Assembly (NCBI GenBank): GCA_963844035.1
Contig: CAWJMT010000013.1
Span: 1 to 13,988 of the forward strand
Reading direction: 5' to 3'
DNA length: 13,988 bases
From: an uncultured Gemmatimonadales bacterium
GTDB lineage: Bacteria; Gemmatimonadota; Gemmatimonadetes; Gemmatimonadales; GWC2-71-9
Both the position numbers and the translations under genes were made by a program. Shown here one piece after another: positions 7,188-13,988 of this stretch. The notes beneath the pieces were generated by a model. The model searched no databases and was not told the DNA's origin. It worked only from the letters and a program-made list of their open reading frames with translations. Every line of letters begins with the position of its first letter. The stretch's first letter is position 1.

Positions 7188-8198
7188 TCAGGCGGGGCCG
7201 GTGAAGGGCAGCGCGAAGGGAAGGCTCACCACGCGGGCGTCCCGACCCGCGGCGCGAACCACCATCCCGGCGTCCACCTCCCGGCGCACCATCGCGAGGC
7301 CGATCCAACGGCCTCCACCCGATATGCGCTGCTCGGGAATCCACGCGACGCTGGTCACCCGGCCCGCGTCCCGATCCTGGTAGATCACGCTGCCCACGCC
7401 GTCCGCCGGCTCGGCGTCGAACAACAGTCCACGGAGGTGGCGAGTCACGTGGCCGCGAAAATGGAGGCGCGAGACCGTCTCCTGCCCGGTGTAGCAACCC
7501 TTCGTGAACGACACACCACCCAGCTCCTCCAGCCGGACCTCCTGTGGGATCGTCTTCTCGTCCACTTCGGCACCGACTTGGGGCCATCCGCCGAGGATCC
7601 GCGCGCATTCGAGCGCCACGGGTCCGGCCGCGAGCACTCCGGCCGCCGAGAGCCGCTGAGCGACCGCGGCGGCGGCGGCCGCGGGAGCGGTGACCTGCAG
7701 GACGAACGGTGCCTGGTCACTGGCGCGCGCCACGTCGCATTCGGCGGCGTCGAGAGTCAGGGACAGTACCCGGCCCGCGCTGGGCGGGACCGCGAGGCCC
7801 GCCGCCTGGGCCTTCGCGAGCACCTGGGGCCCGGCCAGCCGGAACACCACAACCTCGTCCGTCCGGTCGCTGGTGCGCGCCAGGCGCGGCGGGATCGAGC
7901 GCGTGAAGATCGTGAACGCAGCCGGCCGCCGGTCGGCGGGCACGGTATAGGTCAGCGTCGTACCCTGCCGCGCAGCCCAGCCGTCCACCACGATCATGCC
8001 CTTGGGGGTGAGCATCGCTCCATAGGTGAACGCGCCGTCACCCGGCTTCTCGATGTCGTTGGTCAGCAGGCCCTGCAGCGATGCCGCCGCCCCCGGCCCG
8101 GCGAGGGTCAGGACGCCGACGTCGGCGCGCGCGAACACGGCTCCCGTTTGCAGCGCCGTAAACAGCACCGGCGTCACGGCGTCGGGGCCGAGCTTCAC
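7188..8198 (-). CDS. ygfZ: YgfZ/GcvT-family folate-binding Fe-S cluster maturation protein (CAF17/IBA57-like)
   Basis: Signature VSFTKGCYTGQE, plus LQGLLTNDI and LTPKG motifs. GTG 8198 overlaps the HAD stop (GTGA). Confidence 0.88.
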   Translation of the reverse strand: MKLGPDAVTPVLFTALQTGAVFARADVGVLTLAGPGAAASLQGLLTNDIEKPGDGAFTYGAMLTPKGMIVVDGWAARQGTTLTYTVPADRRPAAFTIFTRSIPPRLARTSDRTDEVVVFRLAGPQVLAKAQAAGLAVPPSAGRVLSLTLDAAECDVARASDQAPFVLQVTAPAAAAAAVAQRLSAAGVLAAGPVALECARILGGWPQVGAEVDEKTIPQEVRLEELGGVSFTKGCYTGQETVSRLHFRGHVTRHLRGLLFDAEPADGVGSVIYQDRDAGRVTSVAWIPEQRISGGGRWIGLAMVRREVDAGMVVRAAGRDARVVSLPFALPFTGPA

Positions 8199-8869
8199 CA
8201 CACGAACAGCTCGGCCGGTTCGTGGCCGGTGAACGAGTGCCACACCGCGTCTGCCTCCGAGAGGGTCGCCGGATCGTGGCTGGTGCTGAGCATCGTGCAG
8301 CGCAGGCCGGCGGCACGTGCGGCAGCGAGGCCGGGCAACGAATCCTCGATCGCGACCGAGCGGCTCACCGCCAGGGGCCGGCGCGCGGAAAGTGCTGCGA
8401 GGGCGGCCTGGTAGCCTTCGGGGTCGGGCTTACAGCGTGCCACGTCTTCCGCGGCGACGACGACCTCGAAATGGCGGCGCAGGCCGGCGCGGTCGAGCAC
8501 CTGATCGATCTCCCGCCTCAGGGCACCCGACACGATGGCCAGCCGCCAGCCCGCGGCGGCGCGCGACACGAACTCCACCGCGCCCGGGACCAGCGTGAGC
8601 GATTCGGCGATCAGTCGCTCGTAGCGCCGCGACTTCTCGGCGACGAGCGCGTCGAGACGCTGGTCTGCGAGCGGCTTGGCGGCGCGCTGGAACGCGGCGA
8701 CGAATGACATGCGGTCGTTCCAGCCGAGGTACTCCTCGTAGTACTGCGCGCGCGTGAGCGCAATTCCTTCGTCGGCCAGCAGCGCCTCGAGGGTGATGCG
8801 GTGCTGCTCCTCGTCGTCCACGATCACGCCGTTGAAGTCGAACAGGATCGCGCCGCCCGGATCATTCAT
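8195..8869 (-). CDS. HAD-superfamily phosphatase (subfamily IA, beta-PGM/CbbY-like)
   Basis: Motif I FDFNGVIVD, motif II IVSG, motif III KPDPEGY and motif IV IEDSLPG. Confidence 0.9.
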   Translation of the reverse strand: MNDPGGAILFDFNGVIVDDEEQHRITLEALLADEGIALTRAQYYEEYLGWNDRMSFVAAFQRAAKPLADQRLDALVAEKSRRYERLIAESLTLVPGAVEFVSRAAAGWRLAIVSGALRREIDQVLDRAGLRRHFEVVVAAEDVARCKPDPEGYQAALAALSARRPLAVSRSVAIEDSLPGLAAARAAGLRCTMLSTSHDPATLSEADAVWHSFTGHEPAELFVW

Positions 8870-10145
8870 AGAACCCCGCTACGCGATACGACTCGTCCAA
8901 CAGCTCGACCGGATGGCGTGCGCGCGCCGAAATGCCGGCGGCGGCGAGCCCCGCGCCGAGCTGCATCAGACACCCGGGGTTGCCCGTCGCGACGACCTGC
9001 GGCGCCGCCTCGCGCAGCGACGCGAGCTTGGGGCCGAGCACCGCGCGTGACATCTCGGGCTGAACGAGCGTGAACAGGCCGGCGCTGCCGCAGCATTGGT
9101 CGGCGTCAGGCGTCGAGACCAGCTGCAGGACCGGAATCGCCTGAAACAGGCGCAGCGGCGCGTCCGCAATGCGCTGCGCGTGCAGCAAGTGGCAGGGGGG
9201 GTCGTACGCGACCCGGAGGTCCAGCGGGGCGCCGGGCACCGGGCCGCGCTCGGCCAGCAGCTCGGAGACGTCGCGGACCCGCGCGGCGAATTGCTCCCCG
9301 CCGGAGGCGGGGAGCAAATGCCCGTACTCCTTCATTGCCGCCCCGCACCCGGCGCTGTTGACGACGATGGGTGCGTCTCCGTCCCCAAACGCCGCGACGT
9401 TGCGGCGGATGAGCGCCTGTGCCTTCGGGGCGAGCCCCGCGTGTACGTGCAACGCCCCGCAACACACCTGCCCGGGCACCTCCTGCACATCGTACCCGTT
9501 CACCGTGAGCGTGCGGATCGTGGCCGCGTGCACGTGGGCGAAGTAGCCGTCCATGATGCAGCCGCGGAACAGCAAGACGGTTGGGCGGTCGGGCGGTCGG
9601 GCGGTCGCGGATGCTGTGCGCGCTTTGACCGCCTGACCGCCTGACCGCCTGCCCGCCGGTCTTGTCGCCGCGAGCATCCCCATCGCGAACCGCAGCGATC
9701 CCCATCCCGCGAGCCACCCGGGAATCCCGGTCGCGCGTAGCATGCGGCCGAGTGCGTACACCACGCGGGACAGTCCGGGTGTCGTGAAGGCGCTCAAGGC
9801 CGCACGCGCGAGCCAGGGGAGCGGGCGGGCGTCAGCGATCATCTCCCGCGCCGCTTCGAGGCCGCGCCCGTAGCCCACGCCGGACGGGCACACGGGCTCG
9901 CAACCGCGGCACCCCAGGCAGCGATCGAGGTGGGTGGCCACGAACGGATCGTCCGGAGCGAGCTGACCGCGCTCGAGCGCGCGCATCAGCTCGATGCGCC
10001 CGCGGGGGCTGTCGGCTTCGTCGCCCGTGGCGAGAAACGTCGGGCAGGCTTGGAGGCAGAACCCGCAGTGCACGCAGGTGTCGAGGGCCGCGAATCCCCC
10101 CCGCGGTTTGGGGGGGGTGCCTGCAGCGTCAACCGGCACGGTCAT
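8862..10145 (-). CDS. glcF: glycolate oxidase iron-sulfur subunit GlcF
   Basis: Two 4Fe-4S motifs (CVHCGFCLQACP, CLGCRGCEPVCPSGV) and two CCG domains (LFRGC...VCCGA; PCHLLH...CCGSAG...NPGC). It follows glcDE; start ATG 10145. Confidence 0.9.
   Translation of the reverse strand: MTVPVDAAGTPPKPRGGFAALDTCVHCGFCLQACPTFLATGDEADSPRGRIELMRALERGQLAPDDPFVATHLDRCLGCRGCEPVCPSGVGYGRGLEAAREMIADARPLPWLARAALSAFTTPGLSRVVYALGRMLRATGIPGWLAGWGSLRFAMGMLAATRPAGRRSGGQAVKARTASATARPPDRPTVLLFRGCIMDGYFAHVHAATIRTLTVNGYDVQEVPGQVCCGALHVHAGLAPKAQALIRRNVAAFGDGDAPIVVNSAGCGAAMKEYGHLLPASGGEQFAARVRDVSELLAERGPVPGAPLDLRVAYDPPCHLLHAQRIADAPLRLFQAIPVLQLVSTPDADQCCGSAGLFTLVQPEMSRAVLGPKLASLREAAPQVVATGNPGCLMQLGAGLAAAGISARARHPVELLDESYRVAGFYE
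9576..9657. repeat. inverted pair of 8-bp tandem repeats inside glcF
   Basis: GACGGTTG + (GGCGGTCG)x3 at 9576-9607, an 18-bp spacer, then (TGACCGCC)x3 + TGCCCGCC at 9626-9657. The arms are near reverse complements. Confidence 0.9.
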
Positions 10146-11352
10146 CGCTTTCGATCGCGACCGCGAGCGAGTTGCCCGGATCGAAGGTGCTGCGCAGGCC
10201 GGCGACCAGCGGCCCGACCCCCTCGCGGTAGGCACCGAAGTGTCCCACCGCGCGGCGCAGGGGCCAGGGAGCCCGTTCGACGGTGAGCGGCACTTCGAGG
10301 ACCGCGAGGGCGCGCCGCAGGCGCCGTAACCGATCGACCGACGCATCGCCCGCCCACCGTAGCGTGCCGACTCCCGGGCTCGCCGACACCCACTCATCCC
10401 CCACTTGATGCTGGACCAGGTCGAGGAGCTCGTCGCTCGAGTCGGGCAGGCCGCCGATCCGGAACGTGACCGGGCGGGTGGCGAACGTTTCCGCGGCGCG
10501 CATCCAGAACGCGTGCGCTTCCTCGGCGCGCAGCGCGGTGAACAGCCCACCCGTGGCCGCGCGCAGCCCTGCCTCCTCGGCCGCGACGAGCGGAGCTGAG
10601 CCCGCCAGGCGGACGGCGAGCGCCCACCGCTCGCGGCGCGCCAGCGCGGGCGACAAGAGCTCCAACGCGGCCAGCGTCAGGCCGGCGGCGCTGATGTCGT
10701 CGCCCATCCGCGACAGATCCTCGCGCGAGCCCTCGAGGATCAGCGTCTGGTCCACGCGCGGCAGGGCGCGCAACCGCAGGTGCACCAGCACGATCACGCC
10801 GAAGGCCCCGAACCCGCCCGCCTGCATGCGGGTGAGATCGTATCCGGCGACATTCTTCATCACGCGGCCGCCGCTCTGAATCAGGCGCCCGTCGCCGGTC
10901 ACGAACGTCACCCCGAGGAGATGGTCGCGGACCGGGCCGAACCCGTGGCGCAGGGGGCCCGCGGTCGCCGTCGCGATCACGGAGCCGAGGGTGCGGCCCG
11001 CCAGCCCGGGCGGATCGAGCGCGAGCCAGACCCCGTGGTCCGCCAGCTGCTGGCGCAGCTGGTCGCAGCCGATCCCCGCTTCCACGGTCGCCGTGAGGTC
11101 CTGGGGCTGGATCGAGGGGACACGATCCAGCCGCCGCGTGGTAAGGGCGAGGTCGGCGGGCGCGTCGGCCTGCATCCACGTCCCAGCGCCTTCGACCCGG
11201 ACCCGCCAGCCTTCGGCGCGTGCGGTGCCCAGCAACAGCGCGACGCCGTCGGGCGACGCCGGTGCAATCCGCGGCACGCCGTCCGGCGTACCCGTATCCT
11301 CGAGCACGGCGTCCCCGCCGAGCAGCGCACGCACCCGCTCCGCGATCTTCAT
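10129..11352 (-). CDS. glcE: glycolate oxidase FAD-binding subunit GlcE
   Basis: FAD_binding_4 motifs DLTATVEAG, TLGSVIAT, GPLRHGFGPVRD and GGRVMKNVAGYDL, with C-terminal FDP. ATG 11352 overlaps the glcD stop (ATGA). Confidence 0.88.
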   Translation of the reverse strand: MKIAERVRALLGGDAVLEDTGTPDGVPRIAPASPDGVALLLGTARAEGWRVRVEGAGTWMQADAPADLALTTRRLDRVPSIQPQDLTATVEAGIGCDQLRQQLADHGVWLALDPPGLAGRTLGSVIATATAGPLRHGFGPVRDHLLGVTFVTGDGRLIQSGGRVMKNVAGYDLTRMQAGGFGAFGVIVLVHLRLRALPRVDQTLILEGSREDLSRMGDDISAAGLTLAALELLSPALARRERWALAVRLAGSAPLVAAEEAGLRAATGGLFTALRAEEAHAFWMRAAETFATRPVTFRIGGLPDSSDELLDLVQHQVGDEWVSASPGVGTLRWAGDASVDRLRRLRRALAVLEVPLTVERAPWPLRRAVGHFGAYREGVGPLVAGLRSTFDPGNSLAVAIESDDRAG

Positions 11353-12779
11353 GAATTCCGCACTCCGGTCACTCCAGCCCACTCACGACACGCATGCACG
11401 GGGATCACCTTGCCGGGGTTCACGCGCTCCGCGGGATCGAACACGCGGCGCACCGCGTGCATGGCCGCGAGCGAGTCGCCATCGAAGATGTGCGGCATGT
11501 AGCGCAGCTTGTCGAGTCCGATGCCGTGCTCCCCGGTGATGGTGCCCCCCGCGGCGATACACGCTGCCATGATCTCCCCACTCGCCGCCTCCACCCGCTC
11601 CATGAGGCCGGGGGTGCGGCTGTCGAACGAAATGTTGGGATGCAGGTTGCCGTCCCCGGCATGGAATACGTTGCTGACCCGGAGCCGGTAACGCGCGGCG
11701 ATCTCACCGATCATTTCCAGCACGTCGGGCAGGGTCGAGCGGGGAACCACCGCGTCCTGCACTACCAGGTCGCGTGACAGCCGGCCCATCGCACCGAACG
11801 CCTTCTTGCGTCCCTGCCATAGCCGCGCGCGTTCCCCTGCGTCCGCCGCGGTGCGCACCGACCGCGCCCCGTGCGCCATGAGGATCGCGTGCACGCTTTC
11901 CGCTTCCGCCTGGACCGCGGCGTCGTCGCGGCCATCCAGCTCCGTGAGCAGGACCGCGGCCGCGTCGCGGGGATACCCGGCCGCGTACACCGAGTCTTCG
12001 ACCGCACCGATGCACGACTGGTCCATCATCTCGAGCGCCGCGGGCACGATACCGCTCGCGATCACGGCCGACACCGCCGCTCCGGCGGTCCGGAGCGAGC
12101 TGAAATCCGCGAGCAACGTGCGCACCGCCCGTGGCACCGGGAGCAGCCGCACGGCGATGCGCGTGGCGAGGCCGAAATTTCCCTCCGAGCCGGTGAACAG
12201 GCCGACCAGGTCGGGCCCCCAGGGTTCGCCCCCCGGGCTGCCGAGTTGAACCACCTGCCCGTCCGCGAGCACGACCTCGAGCGCGAGCAGGTTGCTGACG
12301 GTCGCCCCGTACTTGAGGCAGTGAGGCCCACCCGCGTTCTCCGCCACGTTGCCGCCGATGGTGCACGCGGTTTGACTCGACGGGTCGGGGGCGTACAGCA
12401 GGCCGTGTGGCGCGGCGGCGGCCGACAGTTTGACGTTCACCACCCCGGGCTCCACCACTGCGAAGCGGTTCACGGGGTCGATCGTGAGGATGCGATTCAG
12501 GCGGGTGAGCACGATCAGCACCGCGCCCTCGCCCGCGAGCGCGCCGCCCGACAGCCCGGTCCCGGCCCCGCGCGGCACGAAGGGCACGCCATGGATCGCG
12601 AGCAGCCGAATGATGGCGATGACCTCGTCGCGGCTGCCGGGAAGCACGACCACTCCCGGGAAGCTGGTGTGGGTCGTCAGCCCGTCCATGGCATACGTGG
12701 CCCGCTCGGCGGTGGCGGTCCGGGTGTGCGCCGGCCCGACGATTTGCGCCAGTGCGTTCACCAGGGCGCGGTCGATCAC
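11349..12779 (-). CDS. glcD: glycolate oxidase subunit GlcD (FAD-linked oxidase)
   Basis: PRGAGTGLSGGA, YAPDPSSQTACTIGGNVAENAGGPHCLKYG, GSEG, NVFHAGDGNLHP and GGTITGEHGIG. GTG 12779 overlaps the upstream stop (GTGA). Confidence 0.92.
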   Translation of the reverse strand: MIDRALVNALAQIVGPAHTRTATAERATYAMDGLTTHTSFPGVVVLPGSRDEVIAIIRLLAIHGVPFVPRGAGTGLSGGALAGEGAVLIVLTRLNRILTIDPVNRFAVVEPGVVNVKLSAAAAPHGLLYAPDPSSQTACTIGGNVAENAGGPHCLKYGATVSNLLALEVVLADGQVVQLGSPGGEPWGPDLVGLFTGSEGNFGLATRIAVRLLPVPRAVRTLLADFSSLRTAGAAVSAVIASGIVPAALEMMDQSCIGAVEDSVYAAGYPRDAAAVLLTELDGRDDAAVQAEAESVHAILMAHGARSVRTAADAGERARLWQGRKKAFGAMGRLSRDLVVQDAVVPRSTLPDVLEMIGEIAARYRLRVSNVFHAGDGNLHPNISFDSRTPGLMERVEAASGEIMAACIAAGGTITGEHGIGLDKLRYMPHIFDGDSLAAMHAVRRVFDPAERVNPGKVIPVHACREWAGVTGVRNS

Positions 12780-13465
12780 GTCGCGGGCTCGATGTGGGGA
12801 CGGGCGCCGCCACGGCCGTTCCGCCCGGCCCGCTCGTGCACCACGGCGCGCTGCTCCGCTTCGACGGTGAGCGGCTCGAGCAGCCGCACCAGCTGGCTCA
12901 GGCGCGCGGTGGTGCTCTGGGTGGCGAGCAGCGCCTGCTTGGCCGCTGCTTCGAGCTCGAGGGCCGCCGCCACGCGGAACGACAGCGCGGCGGGATCGGC
13001 GGGAAGGTCGACCGGTATCGCGGCGTCGTGCCCGGCCAGGGTGCCGAGGGCCTCCGTCAGACCGCGAAACCCGCGGCGCACGGCGGCGGCCAGCGCGCCT
13101 GCCTCGTCCGGCGCCGCGGCGTCGTCGTCGAACTCTTCGACGAGCGCCCGCCGGTAGAGCCGTTCGTCCGGGCACCATTGCAGCAGGCGGAACCGTCGCT
13201 CGCCGGCGGTCAGAATGTCGGACCGCCCGTCGGGGAGCGGGTGACTCGCCTGGATCACCGCCACGCAACCGACTTCGCCCGGGCTCGGCATCGGATCTGC
13301 CCCGGCGGCCGTCCGGGCCGGGACGTAGACGATCCCGAAGCGGCGGTCACCCGCGAGGCAATCGGCCAGCATCTGGCGGTAGCGGGGCTCGAAGATGTGC
13401 AACGCCTGCGGGGCTCCGGGAAACAACACCAGCGGCAGCGGAAAAATCGGAAGCTCACGGGGCAT
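12776..13465 (-). CDS. stand-alone LON peptidase substrate-binding (N-terminal) domain protein
   Basis: LPIFPLPLVLFPG...LHIFEPRYRQMLADC...FGIV, DGRSDI..GERRFR and KQALL. No ATPase or protease domain. Confidence 0.9.
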   Translation of the reverse strand: MPRELPIFPLPLVLFPGAPQALHIFEPRYRQMLADCLAGDRRFGIVYVPARTAAGADPMPSPGEVGCVAVIQASHPLPDGRSDILTAGERRFRLLQWCPDERLYRRALVEEFDDDAAAPDEAGALAAAVRRGFRGLTEALGTLAGHDAAIPVDLPADPAALSFRVAAALELEAAAKQALLATQSTTARLSQLVRLLEPLTVEAEQRAVVHERAGRNGRGGARPHIEPAT

Positions 13466-13472
13466 GGCTAGG

Positions 13473-13478
13473 AAAGTA
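13473..13478 (-). promoter_or_regulatory. putative -10 box of a leaderless transcript
   Basis: TACTTT lies 7 nt upstream of ATG 13465, with no Shine-Dalgarno sequence. Confidence 0.45.
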
Positions 13479-13516
13479 ACCGGGCCCGGAGAGGAGCGGG
13501 GGACCGGCCGGCGCCA

Positions 13517-13550
13517 AGCAAAAGGGTCAGGAGCACGTGCTCCTGACCCC
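13517..13550 (-). terminator. intrinsic terminator downstream of the sigma factor gene
   Basis: Perfect inverted repeat GGGTCAGGAGCA-CG-TGCTCCTGACCC (13524-13549) followed on the minus strand by TTTTGCT. Confidence 0.85.
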
Positions 13551-13576
13551 TGGTACGCGCAGACGTCCTTGGGTGG

Positions 13577-13987
13577 CTAGGCCGCTCTCCAAAATCCCTT
13601 GAGTGCCCGGCCATCCGGCGACTCCCGCAGCTTCTCGAAGGCGCGCTCCCGGATCTGGCGGATACGTTCGCGCGTCACACCCATCAGGGCGCCGATCTTC
13701 TCCAAGGTCATCGCCTCGCTGCCTTCTTCGAGACCGTAGTAGAGATAGAGGATCTTGCGTTCGCGGGGGGTCAGGTACTTGTGGAAGATGCGGTCGACGA
13801 AATCGCGCATCAGCTTGCCGTCGGTGTGTTCCTCGATCTCACCACCTTCTTGTCCGGCAAACCGTTCACCCAAGGTGGCCGCGTCCCGATCGCTGCGATC
13901 AACCGGCGCGTCGAGCGATAGCTCGGCGGCCGTCATCCTTCGGGCGGTTCTAACGTTTTCCACGGAGTCATCGAGCGCCCGCGCGAT
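13577..13987 (-). CDS. RNA polymerase sigma70 factor, RpoD/RpoS family (regions 3-4; 5' part outside the window)
   Basis: Frame open to the window edge (IARALDDSVENV...). Region 3.2 LSLDAPV and region 4 HTH LTPRERKIL..YYGL...MTLEKIGALMGVTRERIRQIRERAFEKLR. Confidence 0.92.
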   Translation of the reverse strand: MARALDDSVENVRTARRMTAAELSLDAPVDRSDRDAATLGERFAGQEGGEIEEHTDGKLMRDFVDRIFHKYLTPRERKILYLYYGLEEGSEAMTLEKIGALMGVTRERIRQIRERAFEKLRESPDGRALKGFWRAA

Positions 13988-13988
13988 C

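Noticed and set aside
6964..7608. 214-aa minus-strand ORF covering the small lipopeptide region
   Set aside because: Off-frame overlap with ygfZ and low-complexity Arg/Gly-rich sequence; the plus-strand 41-aa ORF has an RBS, lipobox and paralogy support.
9576..9657. Octamer repeats as a CRISPR array
   Set aside because: Units are 8 bp, abutting, with no unique spacers and no cas genes in the window.
10096..10117. C7-GCGGTTT-G8 tracts near the 5' end of glcF as a phase-variation site or hairpin
   Set aside because: The frame is intact and the tracts are explained by Pro/Gly codons; there is no evidence of variation.
10146..13268. Long N-terminal extensions of glcF (to 10550) and glcD (to 13268) in the ORF track
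   Set aside because: They run deep into upstream genes; motif onset and stop/start overlaps support starts at 10145 and 12779.

Overview
High-GC bacterial DNA; Gemmatimonadota-like gene style and repeats (taxonomy inferred, not verified). The left part (1-7200) is a cell-envelope cluster. It holds three paralogues of a divergent, His-less CHRD-like lipoprotein: one partial and missing from the ORF track, one with a probable CTG start, and one frameshifted at a C7 tract. These are interrupted by a coupled pair of outer-membrane beta-barrel genes. Next come a Tat-exported GH38-like protein whose Zn-ligand and catalytic residues appear substituted, a lipoprotein cytochrome c, and an unannotated 41-aa lipopeptide that duplicates the cytochrome N-terminus and has its own promoter and terminator. 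The right part is a minus-strand six-gene operon with every junction overlapping (LON N-domain protein, glcD, glcE, glcF, HAD phosphatase, ygfZ-like), downstream of the 3' end of a sigma70 gene. An 8-bp tandem/inverted repeat element lies in frame inside glcF. No rRNA, tRNA, CRISPR or transposase was seen.
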